A DNA stretch of 64,000 nt. It comes from Cyanobacteriota bacterium (lineage in GTDB: Bacteria; Cyanobacteriota; Cyanobacteriia; Thermostichales; Thermostichaceae). The position numbers and the translations under genes are program-made. Positions 21,027 to 29,663 of this stretch are shown one piece after another. The notes beneath the pieces were generated by a model. That model searched no databases. It was not told the DNA's origin and saw only the letters and a program-made list of their open reading frames with translations. The stretch lies in the NCBI GenBank assembly GCA_033764955.1, contig JANRIL010000005.1, positions 64,001 through 128,000 of the forward strand. Reading direction: 5' to 3'. How positions within the stretch are numbered: the first letter of the stretch is position 1; each line of letters opens with the position of its first letter.

Positions 21027-21047
21027 TTATAGTAGTTTTAACTATAA
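21027..21047 (+). promoter_or_regulatory. NrtR-type operator upstream of pncB
   Basis: Palindrome TTATAGT-AGTTTTA-ACTATAA with perfect 7-bp arms, matching the cyanobacterial NrtR box pattern as I recall it. Confidence 0.78.
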
Positions 21048-21081
21048 GCTGGGATTACCTTCTGGATAAGGATGTGGTTGT

Positions 21082-22428
21082 ATGTTGACGCCCGAATTAT
21101 CGTTAGCCCCTCAAGACTATGGATTGCTAACGGATCTCTATCAGTTGACGATGGCGGCTTGTTATGTCGGGGAGCAAGTGGAGCAACAGCCCGCTGCCTT
21201 TGAGCTGTTTGTCCGGCGATTGCCTGCTGATTACGGCTATCTGATGGCGATGGGATTGACTCAGGCGGTGGAATACCTGCAAAATCTCTCCTTTACTGCT
21301 GAGCAGGTGAAGGCGCTGCAAGCCAGTGGTGTGTTTGTGGATGCTCCCGAACGGTTTTGGTCACTCTTGGAAAACTGCCGTTTCACGGGAGATCTCTGGG
21401 CGGTGGCGGAGGGGACAGCCATATTTGCCAACGAGCCACTGTTGCGGATCGAAGCCCCGCTCTGGCAGGCACAACTGGTAGAAACCTACCTGCTCTCTAC
21501 CCTCAACTACCAAACCCTGATCGCCACTAAGTCGGCTCGGATGCGTGATGCTGCTGGCGAATCAGCCGTTTTACTGGAATTTGGCACACGGCGAGCCTTT
21601 GGCCCACATGCCGGCATGTGGGCGGCGCGTGCCGCTCTGGCAGCGGGGTTTGATGCCACCTCCAATGTCTTAGCAGCCTTAAAGTTGGGGCGCAAACCTG
21701 CCGGGACGATGGCTCATTCTTTGGTAATGGCACTAGCGGCTCTTTCCGGCGATGAAGAAAGCGCCTTTCAATCCTTCCGACGTTATTTCCCTCAGTCCGC
21801 CCTCCTGATCGACACCTATGATCCCATTCAAGGGGCACGCACCGCAGCCCAACTGATGCACCGCGATCTGCATGAGTCCAGCAGCGATGGGGAAATGGGG
21901 GGGGTACGGATTGATTCCGGCAATCTGGAACAACTTTCACGACAGGTTCAGGAAATTTTGCCCCAGGGATCCCCGATTTTTGTGAGTGGCGATCTGGATG
22001 AATACGAAATTCAACGATTGCAGCAATCGCAAGCCCCGATTGCCGGATATGGCGTGGGCACACGACTGGTCACCGGTGGCTGCATTAACGGTGTCTATAA
22101 ATTGGTGGAAATTAACGGCATTCCCGTGGCCAAGGGTTCGATTGCCAAAGCTACTATTCCTGGACGCAAACAGATTTTTCGCGGATCCGATCACGACTAT
22201 CTGGGCAGCGCCAACGAGGATCCCCCCCCGCACACCAGCCCCCTCCTGCAACCGATCTTGCAACAGGGAGTCTTGCTCAATCCCCTACCCTCCCTGGAAG
22301 CGATCGCTCAGCAGACTCGCACCTCCCTGCACCAACTGCCCCTCTCAATCCGCCAATTACGGGATCCCAACCCCTGGCCTGTTCACCTCACCCCCACCCT
22401 ACAATCCCTCAAGCCCAAAAATGCTTAG
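21082..22428 (+). CDS. pncB: Nicotinate phosphoribosyltransferase
   Basis: LLTDLYQLTM, EFGTRRA, ATSNV, GTMAHS, LIDTYD, GVRIDSG, SGDLDE, YGVGT, GVYKLV. Confidence 0.95.
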   Translation: MLTPELSLAPQDYGLLTDLYQLTMAACYVGEQVEQQPAAFELFVRRLPADYGYLMAMGLTQAVEYLQNLSFTAEQVKALQASGVFVDAPERFWSLLENCRFTGDLWAVAEGTAIFANEPLLRIEAPLWQAQLVETYLLSTLNYQTLIATKSARMRDAAGESAVLLEFGTRRAFGPHAGMWAARAALAAGFDATSNVLAALKLGRKPAGTMAHSLVMALAALSGDEESAFQSFRRYFPQSALLIDTYDPIQGARTAAQLMHRDLHESSSDGEMGGVRIDSGNLEQLSRQVQEILPQGSPIFVSGDLDEYEIQRLQQSQAPIAGYGVGTRLVTGGCINGVYKLVEINGIPVAKGSIAKATIPGRKQIFRGSDHDYLGSANEDPPPHTSPLLQPILQQGVLLNPLPSLEAIAQQTRTSLHQLPLSIRQLRDPNPWPVHLTPTLQSLKPKNA

Positions 22429-22481
22429 GGGGGATCCCAGCGGCACTCATCCCTGCCAGCCCTCCGACTAGAGGGGACTTT

Positions 22482-23036
22482 TCACGGATGACTTTTTGTG
22501 AAGACAAAGGTTTGCTCCCTACACACTTCTCCTCGAAACAGGACGGTTTCTTCCCTGAGGAGGGTCATACCCACGGCCTCCAGTAGACGAATCGATCGAT
22601 GATGGCGGCTGTCGGTGATCCCTAGGATGGTTTGAACCCCGCCGGAAGCAAACAGATGGGTCATTAAGCTTCCTAGAGCTTCTCTGGCATAACCGTGACC
22701 CTGAGCTTGTCTAGCTAAAGTAAAGCCTACCTCTACTCGGTTGGGTTGTTCTGCCCAGAAGTGAATACCGATATCCCCCAGCAATAGGTTGGAGAATCGG
22801 TCAGCTATAGCGATTTGAAACCATTCCCCTAACTTAGCGATGCTGCCGGTCTGCATTTCACGAATGAATGCCTGTCCTTCTTCCCTAGCAAGCGGAAACC
22901 AACTTTGGTAACGTCCTATTTCGGGATCCTGACGATAAGCCAAGAATACTTCTAGATCAGAATCAGCAAATCGCCGTAAAGTGAGCCGTTGAGTAGAGAA
23001 AGGCAGAAAATCATCAGATAGTACAAGGTTTTTCAT
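22482..23036 (-). CDS. GNAT acetyltransferase (RimJ/RimL family)
   Basis: TQRLTLRRF, EVGFTLARQAQGHGYAREA, SIRLLEAVGM. Confidence 0.88.
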   Translation of the reverse strand: MKNLVLSDDFLPFSTQRLTLRRFADSDLEVFLAYRQDPEIGRYQSWFPLAREEGQAFIREMQTGSIAKLGEWFQIAIADRFSNLLLGDIGIHFWAEQPNRVEVGFTLARQAQGHGYAREALGSLMTHLFASGGVQTILGITDSRHHRSIRLLEAVGMTLLREETVLFRGEVCREQTFVFTKSHP

Positions 23037-23066
23037 TCCTGGAATGTTGAGCTATACCATACAGGT

Positions 23067-23663
23067 ATGCTAATCACGGTTGCCGGTTTTAAGGGAGGAG
23101 TGGCGAAAACCACCACCGCCATCCATCTGGCTTGTTATCTCAGCCAGAGGGGTTCTACGCTGTTGATTGATGCGGATCCCAATCGTTCCGCCCTCAGTTG
23201 GAGTCAACGGGGAGAAGGATTGCCCTTTCTGGTTTTGGATGAAGAAGCGGCGGTTGGCAAGATTGCTACCCATCGTCATACGGTGATTGATACGCAAGCC
23301 CGCCCCAGCCCGGATGAGTTAGAAGATTTATCCACCCACTGTGATCTTTTAGTTTTGCCCTGCACCCCCGATGCCCTCGCTTTGGATGCGCTCCTGCTCA
23401 CGGTCGAGGCTCTTAAGCCTTGGGGATCCGGTCGCTATCGGGTGTTGTTGTCGATTGTTCCCCCTTGGCCGAGTGGCGATGGAGCGGAAGCCCGTACCTT
23501 TCTCAAGCAAGCCGGGATCCCGACCTTTCGGGGGATGGTTCGACGGTTTTCGGTCTATCAAAAGGCGGCTCTGCTAGGCTTGCCTGTGTATGCAGTGCCG
23601 GATCCGAAAGCCAAAGTCGCTTGGAGTGACTACCTCTCGATTGGTCAGGAGTTAGGGCTATGA
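23067..23663 (+). CDS. parA: Small ParA/ParF-type (type Ib) Walker ATPase
   Basis: FKGGVAKTTTA, LIDADPNRSA, VIDTQARP; 198 aa with no N-terminal HTH. Confidence 0.88.
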   Translation: MLITVAGFKGGVAKTTTAIHLACYLSQRGSTLLIDADPNRSALSWSQRGEGLPFLVLDEEAAVGKIATHRHTVIDTQARPSPDELEDLSTHCDLLVLPCTPDALALDALLLTVEALKPWGSGRYRVLLSIVPPWPSGDGAEARTFLKQAGIPTFRGMVRRFSVYQKAALLGLPVYAVPDPKAKVAWSDYLSIGQELGL

Positions 23664-24085
23664 GCAAATTTGCCAAACTGTTTCGCGCCTCTGCCGATCC
23701 TCCAGATGCAGAGCCTCCACCACTGCCTAACCCTATCCAACAACCTCCGCCCCCCCTCCCTCCTGTCAGAAAAGCCAAGGATCCCGTCCCCCCCAACCCC
23801 AAAGGGATCCCTCCCAAAAAAGTCAGCGCCCAAGCTTACAAAGTTACCAAGAAAATCGGCGGCGAAGCGGATCGGGATCCGGTTGAGTCCCTCGTCACCA
23901 GCCTGCACCGCACCGCTTATCCAGAAGATCAAGTTTGGGATGGCGACATGGATGAGCGAGTCACCACCTCAGTCCGCCGCGTTACCTATCAACTGGTGAA
24001 GATAAAACTGTTGCAGGAAGGCTCTGACCTGGAATTTGCTGAGCTAATTGAATATTTATTGCGAGCATGGCTGACTCAACCTTGA
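23660..24085 (+). CDS. Putative ParA partner (Pro-rich disordered N-terminus, possible ribbon-helix-helix C-terminus)
   Basis: ATGA overlap with parA; MSKF start; C-terminal TTSVRRVTYQLVKIKLLQEG..EFAELIEYLLRAWL resembles cyanobacterial ParA-adjacent proteins. Confidence 0.65.
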   Translation: MSKFAKLFRASADPPDAEPPPLPNPIQQPPPPLPPVRKAKDPVPPNPKGIPPKKVSAQAYKVTKKIGGEADRDPVESLVTSLHRTAYPEDQVWDGDMDERVTTSVRRVTYQLVKIKLLQEGSDLEFAELIEYLLRAWLTQP

Positions 24086-24432
24086 AAACAGAAGGAGCCA
24101 AGCCCCATGATCACCCTCCTGACCCATTGGGGGCGGTCTTTTGGACTATTCTGGCTGCCCTGTGCTGTCAGTAATGCAGTGAATCTGATGCATGCCATCC
24201 AACGCCAGGGATCCACTTCCCTGATCCTGTTGTTGGGATAGCTGGCGTGCTGTTGTTGCTGATTTGTCTGATTCCAGGAATTTGGGGATGGTGTTGGCTG
24301 CCGCCGCTACTGGATGTGGACAGGATCCCAACGCTGCTCGCTCTGGTTGACGATAGGCTGCTTCAGGATCCCAAACAAAACAACACCGATGGCGTTAGAT
24401 TTTGGGTATTTAGCTGTGTAAAATTTATACGG

Positions 24433-26019
24433 TTATCGCTGGTGGATTTGCTTTGTCAAATCCCTCACAGTAGTCCAAAATTTATATAGATTTTCTAGCT
24501 CGGGTTCCTGGGGAGCTAATTGCCTCACTTGATGTAACAGGTCGCAGGCTTCAGCTCTACGCCCTTCCAACCACAGTTTGCTTGCAACATTCAGGATCCT
24601 GCATGCACGGATCACATTCCCCCCTTCTTCAACCTGTTCTTTCAATTGCTCGTCATAAAGACCCACTATCTGTAATCGTTCAATACTGGTGTTCAGAATC
24701 TCCGCCTTCGCTTCAATATCAGTTACGTGCTTCTTTGGGTTTGGTTCACCAAAAGAGAAGCGGGGCCATAGGTGATCCGCAGTGATGTTTGCATGGTACC
24801 TAAGGACAAACTTAACAACTTTACTAGAGGCTTCAACTAGCAACTCTCTGTCCTGATGAATGCATTCTTCACCGCACATTTGATAAAAAGCCTTAGCTAG
24901 GTGGTGCACACGAATAACACTTTCGAGGGAGGTCATATCCCCATCTAGTGTGTTTCTGAGGCGTGCTTTAATCCTTTCTTTCACAAAATCTCGTTGACTA
25001 GGTATTTCTGCAAGTTTCAGATACCTGTCGATTTCAGTTGGCAGCTCACAGTAATTAGAGATGTAGTCAAAGTAATCAAAAAGAAGCTCGAGTTGTTTAA
25101 GGCTGTTGGAACTCAAAACATTAAGAATACTCGCGAGTCGGTCGTAGCATTGCTGGAATGAGGGTCGCTTATCTGGGTCAGCAGCAAGCATTGCTTTCGC
25201 CAGTAGCACCAGTTCTTGAGCTTGAGGATTCTGCGAGGGAGAAAAATGCCGTTCCCCGTCAATCGACCATTTCTTCAGCTTGGATCCCCTCCACTTCCAC
25301 ACTTTCGTTGCCGAGTTTTTTGTTGCGGGATGGTAGCCCTGAAATAGCTCTGCAATCACAACACCTACTGCAAACACATCAGGTGCGAATGTTTTATAGG
25401 GGCTGGGATCATACTGTTCAGGAGCCTTGTAAGCATTAGTGCCACCCAGATGGTTATCGCTCCATGCATTTGCCACTCCAAAGTCTGCGATCCGAACTGA
25501 ATACCTCAACGAAAGATCAACGTGAGAAGGTGGAAAATCGCAGAATTTCTTACTCAAATCTATGTACAGTAGGTTCTCGGGTTTTATATCCTGATGGTGA
25601 ACCATACCGCGCCTGTTCGCAACTATCATTCCCTTCACTATCTGCAACGATAGGCAGACTACACTTGTCAGGCTTAGCTTCTTACTTTCCAACTCACTGC
25701 TTATTAACTTCCTGAGATCACCATCACAATATGGCATGCAGATAAGTGGAATACCATCCCAAGTTTCGGTGAAGTATGGATTGATAACAAGTGGGTGCCC
25801 TGCAAAGCTAAACCAGTTTCTAGCCTCACGGTCAATCCGTTCAGTGTCAATGGAAAGGTTGCTTTCGAGTTCCTGGATCGTCTTGTATGCAATATACTTG
25901 GGGTGAGCGTCCTGTTCGATGATGTAGACCAATCCGCCTCTTCCTTTTCGACGGTCAACGATCTTACCTTTGAAGACTCTTGTCTCTAGCAACTCCCGAG
26001 TATGTTCATTCCAGGACAT
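24433..26019 (-). CDS. Hanks-type Ser/Thr protein kinase with helical (TPR-like) C-terminus
   Basis: GRGGLVY, IAYKT, HQDIKPENLL, IADFG, GTNAYKAPE, DVFAVG; GAGGA RBS. Confidence 0.88.
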   Translation of the reverse strand: MSWNEHTRELLETRVFKGKIVDRRKGRGGLVYIIEQDAHPKYIAYKTIQELESNLSIDTERIDREARNWFSFAGHPLVINPYFTETWDGIPLICMPYCDGDLRKLISSELESKKLSLTSVVCLSLQIVKGMIVANRRGMVHHQDIKPENLLYIDLSKKFCDFPPSHVDLSLRYSVRIADFGVANAWSDNHLGGTNAYKAPEQYDPSPYKTFAPDVFAVGVVIAELFQGYHPATKNSATKVWKWRGSKLKKWSIDGERHFSPSQNPQAQELVLLAKAMLAADPDKRPSFQQCYDRLASILNVLSSNSLKQLELLFDYFDYISNYCELPTEIDRYLKLAEIPSQRDFVKERIKARLRNTLDGDMTSLESVIRVHHLAKAFYQMCGEECIHQDRELLVEASSKVVKFVLRYHANITADHLWPRFSFGEPNPKKHVTDIEAKAEILNTSIERLQIVGLYDEQLKEQVEEGGNVIRACRILNVASKLWLEGRRAEACDLLHQVRQLAPQEPELENLYKFWTTVRDLTKQIHQR

Positions 26020-26126
26020 GCACTAATTCCTCTTGATTTCACATGAATGTAGATCGACGGTTTGAGTGGAGAGATTTGGTCTGTAATAAATACATAGCTA
26101 GGCATTATACAGAAAGCATGAAGATA

Positions 26127-26251
26127 TATAGCAATCTTATGAAAGTCGTGAGAGAAAAGATCTTCCAGGAATCCCCCTGGCCTATCAGCACCCCCCTTGG
26201 TAAGGGGGGCTTGGGGGGATCGGTTTTCACAAATTACCTAAGCTTGCTATA
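26127..26251. mobile_element. MITE-like 125-bp element with imperfect 27-bp terminal inverted repeats
   Basis: Left TATAGCAATCTTATGAAAGTCGTGAGA versus reverse complement of right TATAGCAAGCTTAGGTAATTTGTGAAA (21/27 match). TA ends. Internal CCCCCCTTGGTAAGGGGGG hairpin. Confidence 0.7.
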
Positions 26252-26566
26252 GTTGACTTACTTAACGATAAGAATAGCAAAGGCTCTACAAAGCTCTTCA
26301 AACATGGGGTTTTACTAGATTTAGACGTCTCATTCTTACCTGAATCAACCATAACTACAGTAACATTATATTGATTATCGAACCTTCCTAGATATAACCC
26401 TTGAGAGCCAAACTATCAAGCAGTTATCTGGGTATTCCCTGCTAAGAAGACTTTATGGAGAAAGCCAGCCATATCCTCAATCCATCTCTCAAAAATAGAG
26501 TAGGTTGATGTGGGTGTTGCTTTAGACACCCAACTTCTGGCTCAGGCGGCAAGCTAAGGGATCCCC

Positions 26567-26971
26567 TCAAATGGACTGGCGCTTACGGAGATTACTTTCC
26601 CATTCCTGCAACTGTTCTTGACGGGCTTCTACCTCGGCTTCACGGCGGCTTAATTCTTGGCTTTGGCGGGTTAGGGACTGCCGCCATCGCTCGATCTCCG
26701 ACATATCCAACATTCGTTCGCTGGCTTGGGAGAGGGTATGCAGGATTTCCACCAATTTTTGCGAGGCTTCTTCGATATGCAGGATATGGCGATCATCACT
26801 CAGCTCCAGCAGCAATAAAACCCCTACGTTATAGCCACTGGCTTCACTGGAACTGACGGACTCCTGGGTTTTGGACGGGATCCATACTTGATCATGGGTG
26901 CGATGAGCCAAAAGTTGTAACTCAGCCTGACCAAACAGACCTTTTCTTTGCACTTTGGCGAGATACAGCAT
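26567..26971 (-). CDS. Short protein similar to the N-terminal domain of the pilus motility protein HmpF
   Basis: MLYLAKVQ..G..G..ELQLLA, GVLLLLEL, EIERWRQSLTRQSQELSRRE.E.EARQEQLQ. Confidence 0.7.
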   Translation of the reverse strand: MLYLAKVQRKGLFGQAELQLLAHRTHDQVWIPSKTQESVSSSEASGYNVGVLLLLELSDDRHILHIEEASQKLVEILHTLSQASERMLDMSEIERWRQSLTRQSQELSRREAEVEARQEQLQEWESNLRKRQSI

Positions 26972-27070
26972 GGATCCCACAGGGGGCGAAATAATGTTTG
27001 GCTGCTTCTCATCTTAAGGGTTTTTGTCTGACCTACAGAAATTAGCCGCAAAAATCCTCAGCAGTTGCCC

Positions 27071-28180
27071 TTAGCGATAGCCAGCAGCCCGTTGGTAGCG
27101 CATCCCTGCTAATTGCTCAATCCAACCCTCTAATTCCATCATCAACAACTCGCTAGCGAGGGTGCTGATATCCAGTTGGGTTGTCTGAGCCAGAGTATCT
27201 AGGGGAATCGGATCTCTGGTGAGGGCTTGCCAGATCATCGCTTGGTGAGGGCTAAAGGAGGGCATGGTGGTTGGGGAGGAAACCTGGAGAGGGGATCCCA
27301 GTTGGTGGAGGAGTTCTTCAATACCGAGAATCATACTGGCTCCTGTTTGAATTAAATTCAAGCAGCCACGGGCTTCGGGAACATCAATATTGCCGGGTAG
27401 CACCATGACATCTCGGCCATAATCATTGGCAAGGTAAGCCGTAATCAAAGCACCCGATTTAGCGGGAGCCTCCATCACCAGGGTGGTTTGGCAAAGTCCG
27501 GCAATAATGCGATTACGGCGAGGAAAGTTTTCTTTGGCGGGCTGGGTGCCGGGAGGAAATTCACTGAGGATCGCCCCTTGCTTTTGAATCTGCTGATAAA
27601 GTTGGCGATGCTGAGCAGGGTAGACAACATCCACGCCTGTGCCTACGACAGCTAAAGTGGTTCCCCCCGCCTGTAGACAGGCTTGGTGGGCAATACCATC
27701 GATACCAGCGGCTAATCCTGACACCACCACAAAACCCGCTTCCCCCAATACCGAAGCAATTTTTTCCGTCCAGCGACGGCCATAAGGGGTCGGGGAACGG
27801 GTACCGACAATCGCCACCGATGGTTGCCAACGGGGGGTTTCTCCCCAGACATAAATAATTGGAGGGGGATCCGGAAGCTCCCACAACAGATCGGGATAGT
27901 CCGCATCCGCAGGGGTCAAAAATGGGATCCCTGGACGCATCACTTGCCCCAAAATTTGATCTGGGTCTAGCTGTTGTCGCTCCTCTTGAATGGTAATGCT
28001 TAACTGCAATCCAATTCCTTCTACGGTCATTAAGGCAGCACCATCAGCAAGCCATGCCCGCTCCAAAGAACCAAACTCCTGAAACAAGCGTTTTAAGCGA
28101 TGGGGGCCAATACCTTTAATCTGGTGCCAAGCCAGCCAGTAGGGGCGATCCGAGGTTGGGCGGACAAGTTCTTTCACCAC
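27071..28180 (-). CDS. dprA: DNA-processing protein DprA
   Basis: VAIVGTR, VVSGLAAGIDGIAH, FPRRNRIIAGL, EAPAKSGALITA, C-terminal winged helix. Confidence 0.96.
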   Translation of the reverse strand: MVKELVRPTSDRPYWLAWHQIKGIGPHRLKRLFQEFGSLERAWLADGAALMTVEGIGLQLSITIQEERQQLDPDQILGQVMRPGIPFLTPADADYPDLLWELPDPPPIIYVWGETPRWQPSVAIVGTRSPTPYGRRWTEKIASVLGEAGFVVVSGLAAGIDGIAHQACLQAGGTTLAVVGTGVDVVYPAQHRQLYQQIQKQGAILSEFPPGTQPAKENFPRRNRIIAGLCQTTLVMEAPAKSGALITAYLANDYGRDVMVLPGNIDVPEARGCLNLIQTGASMILGIEELLHQLGSPLQVSSPTTMPSFSPHQAMIWQALTRDPIPLDTLAQTTQLDISTLASELLMMELEGWIEQLAGMRYQRAAGYR

Positions 28181-29079
28181 AGATCCCTGCCAGAGAGGGT
28201 GATTTTAGTGTGGCGGAGATTCGTCAAACAAGCAACCTAAACCGAATAGAACCATCAGAAAATGGGATCCCGTCATAAAGTTTGTGGTTGGCTAAAAGCA
28301 GAAGCCATAGAGTTCTTCAATATAAGAATAAATCAGTTAGTTATCTACAATCTATAGCTTTCTCTGGTCAACAATAATATTATTTGATTAGACTTTCAGT
28401 CTTTATCTAGATTAAGTGCTTTGACCTAATTTAACAATTAACCAGAAAGATACTTACTCATTGCTTATAGAATTAAATGGCTTCATAATTTATATTACTG
28501 ATTTGTTTATTTTTATTTATCCATTCAAGAAATAAATATGAAGATTAACCAATGAAAACTAGACTAATTTTGGATAGTACAAATTCAGAATTATAGAAGA
28601 TCTAAAAACAAAAAATACTCAGTCTACTCGGCCTGAAGTCTTTTTGGGAAAAGATTTTAGAGTATTTCTTACATTAGATTAATTAATAAAAACAAACTTC
28701 TTAAAATTATTTATTTCTAAAGTTTTGATTTGCTTTGCCTGCAAAATAAATGGATAAGATAATTTCGGGTTCATTTTTTTGAAAACAAAAATGAAAATCT
28801 ACTCTGAGGACTCTTGAATACCTTTGTTTGAGATCAGCTTGAGACCAGAAGCATTGAAAACAAATCATTAATAATCTTGATATCTTATTGGCGATCTGCC
28901 AGATCTAAGCCTAGACTGGGGTCAGAGGCTTTCTTCCCAAAAATGTATCCAGAAGCTCCATTTGTTGAAACCAGATTATGCATTCCCAAATGGGCAAAAA
29001 CTTGATTGACGGATAAACATAGGTGGTGTTTGATAGAGTCCATAGTTGTACTAGTCCACCACTTGTAGGCCATCGTTCC

Positions 29080-29601
29080 ATGTCTCCTCAGCTTGAAGTT
29101 CCCGTCGCACCCAGAACCCAGAGCTTAGTCATTCAGGGGGTTTTGCAGCTTTATACCAACCCCAGCCGAGGGTCATTCACCTCGGTTATGGCTCAGGCTT
29201 TTCGGGTAGCCGGACAAGGTACACCCGTGCTGATCGTGCAGATCCTCAAAGGGGGCATCGAGCAGGGACCCCAACAGGGATTGCAACTGGGTAATGATCT
29301 GCGCTGGGTTCGTTGTGGGTTGCAGCGCTGTGTAGACACGCCCCACCTTGCTCCAGAAGAGGCTCAGGCGCTCGCAGAACTTTGGCAGTTTACCCGTGAT
29401 GCGGTTGCCTCCGGTCATTATGGGTTGGTGGTGTTAGACGAGCTGAGTTTAGCCCTTAAACTGGGGCTGATCCCAGAAAATGAAGTCCTCGATTTAGTCG
29501 ATAATCGGCCCATCTCGATGGATATGGTGATCACAGGTCCAGAGATGCCCGTCTCGTTGTTAGAACGAGCCGATTTGATTACCCAACTTAAGCAACGCTA
29601 G
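29080..29601 (+). CDS. CobO/BtuR-like corrinoid adenosyltransferase family protein (degenerate P-loop)
   Basis: GVLQLYT, VLIVQILKGG, YGLVVLDEL, MVITG, ADLIT. Confidence 0.75.
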   Translation: MSPQLEVPVAPRTQSLVIQGVLQLYTNPSRGSFTSVMAQAFRVAGQGTPVLIVQILKGGIEQGPQQGLQLGNDLRWVRCGLQRCVDTPHLAPEEAQALAELWQFTRDAVASGHYGLVVLDELSLALKLGLIPENEVLDLVDNRPISMDMVITGPEMPVSLLERADLITQLKQR

Positions 29602-29663
29602 CCCTTTCTCCAAGCTTGTCTCTCTAGGCTGTTAATCGCTGTTTCTCACTCATCTCGTCAATC

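Noticed and set aside
15761..22428. tRNA-Leu as the integration site of an island carrying the kinase/NAD locus
   Set aside because: The locus lies on the 5' side of the tRNA, I saw no duplicated tRNA 3' end, and there is no adjacent integrase.
24326..24400. Possible attC after the lone kinase (ATCTAAC on the minus strand, about 33 bp past the stop)
   Set aside because: No convincing L''/L' arms or matching GTTRRRY, and no core site upstream of the gene.
24108..24489. Short hydrophobic ORFs between the ParA partner and the kinase
   Set aside because: Interrupted frames with no recognisable family; at most a decayed remnant.
28200..29020. AT-rich region as a second origin or CRISPR leader
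   Set aside because: Only one or two weak DnaA-box-like 9-mers and no adjacent repeat array.
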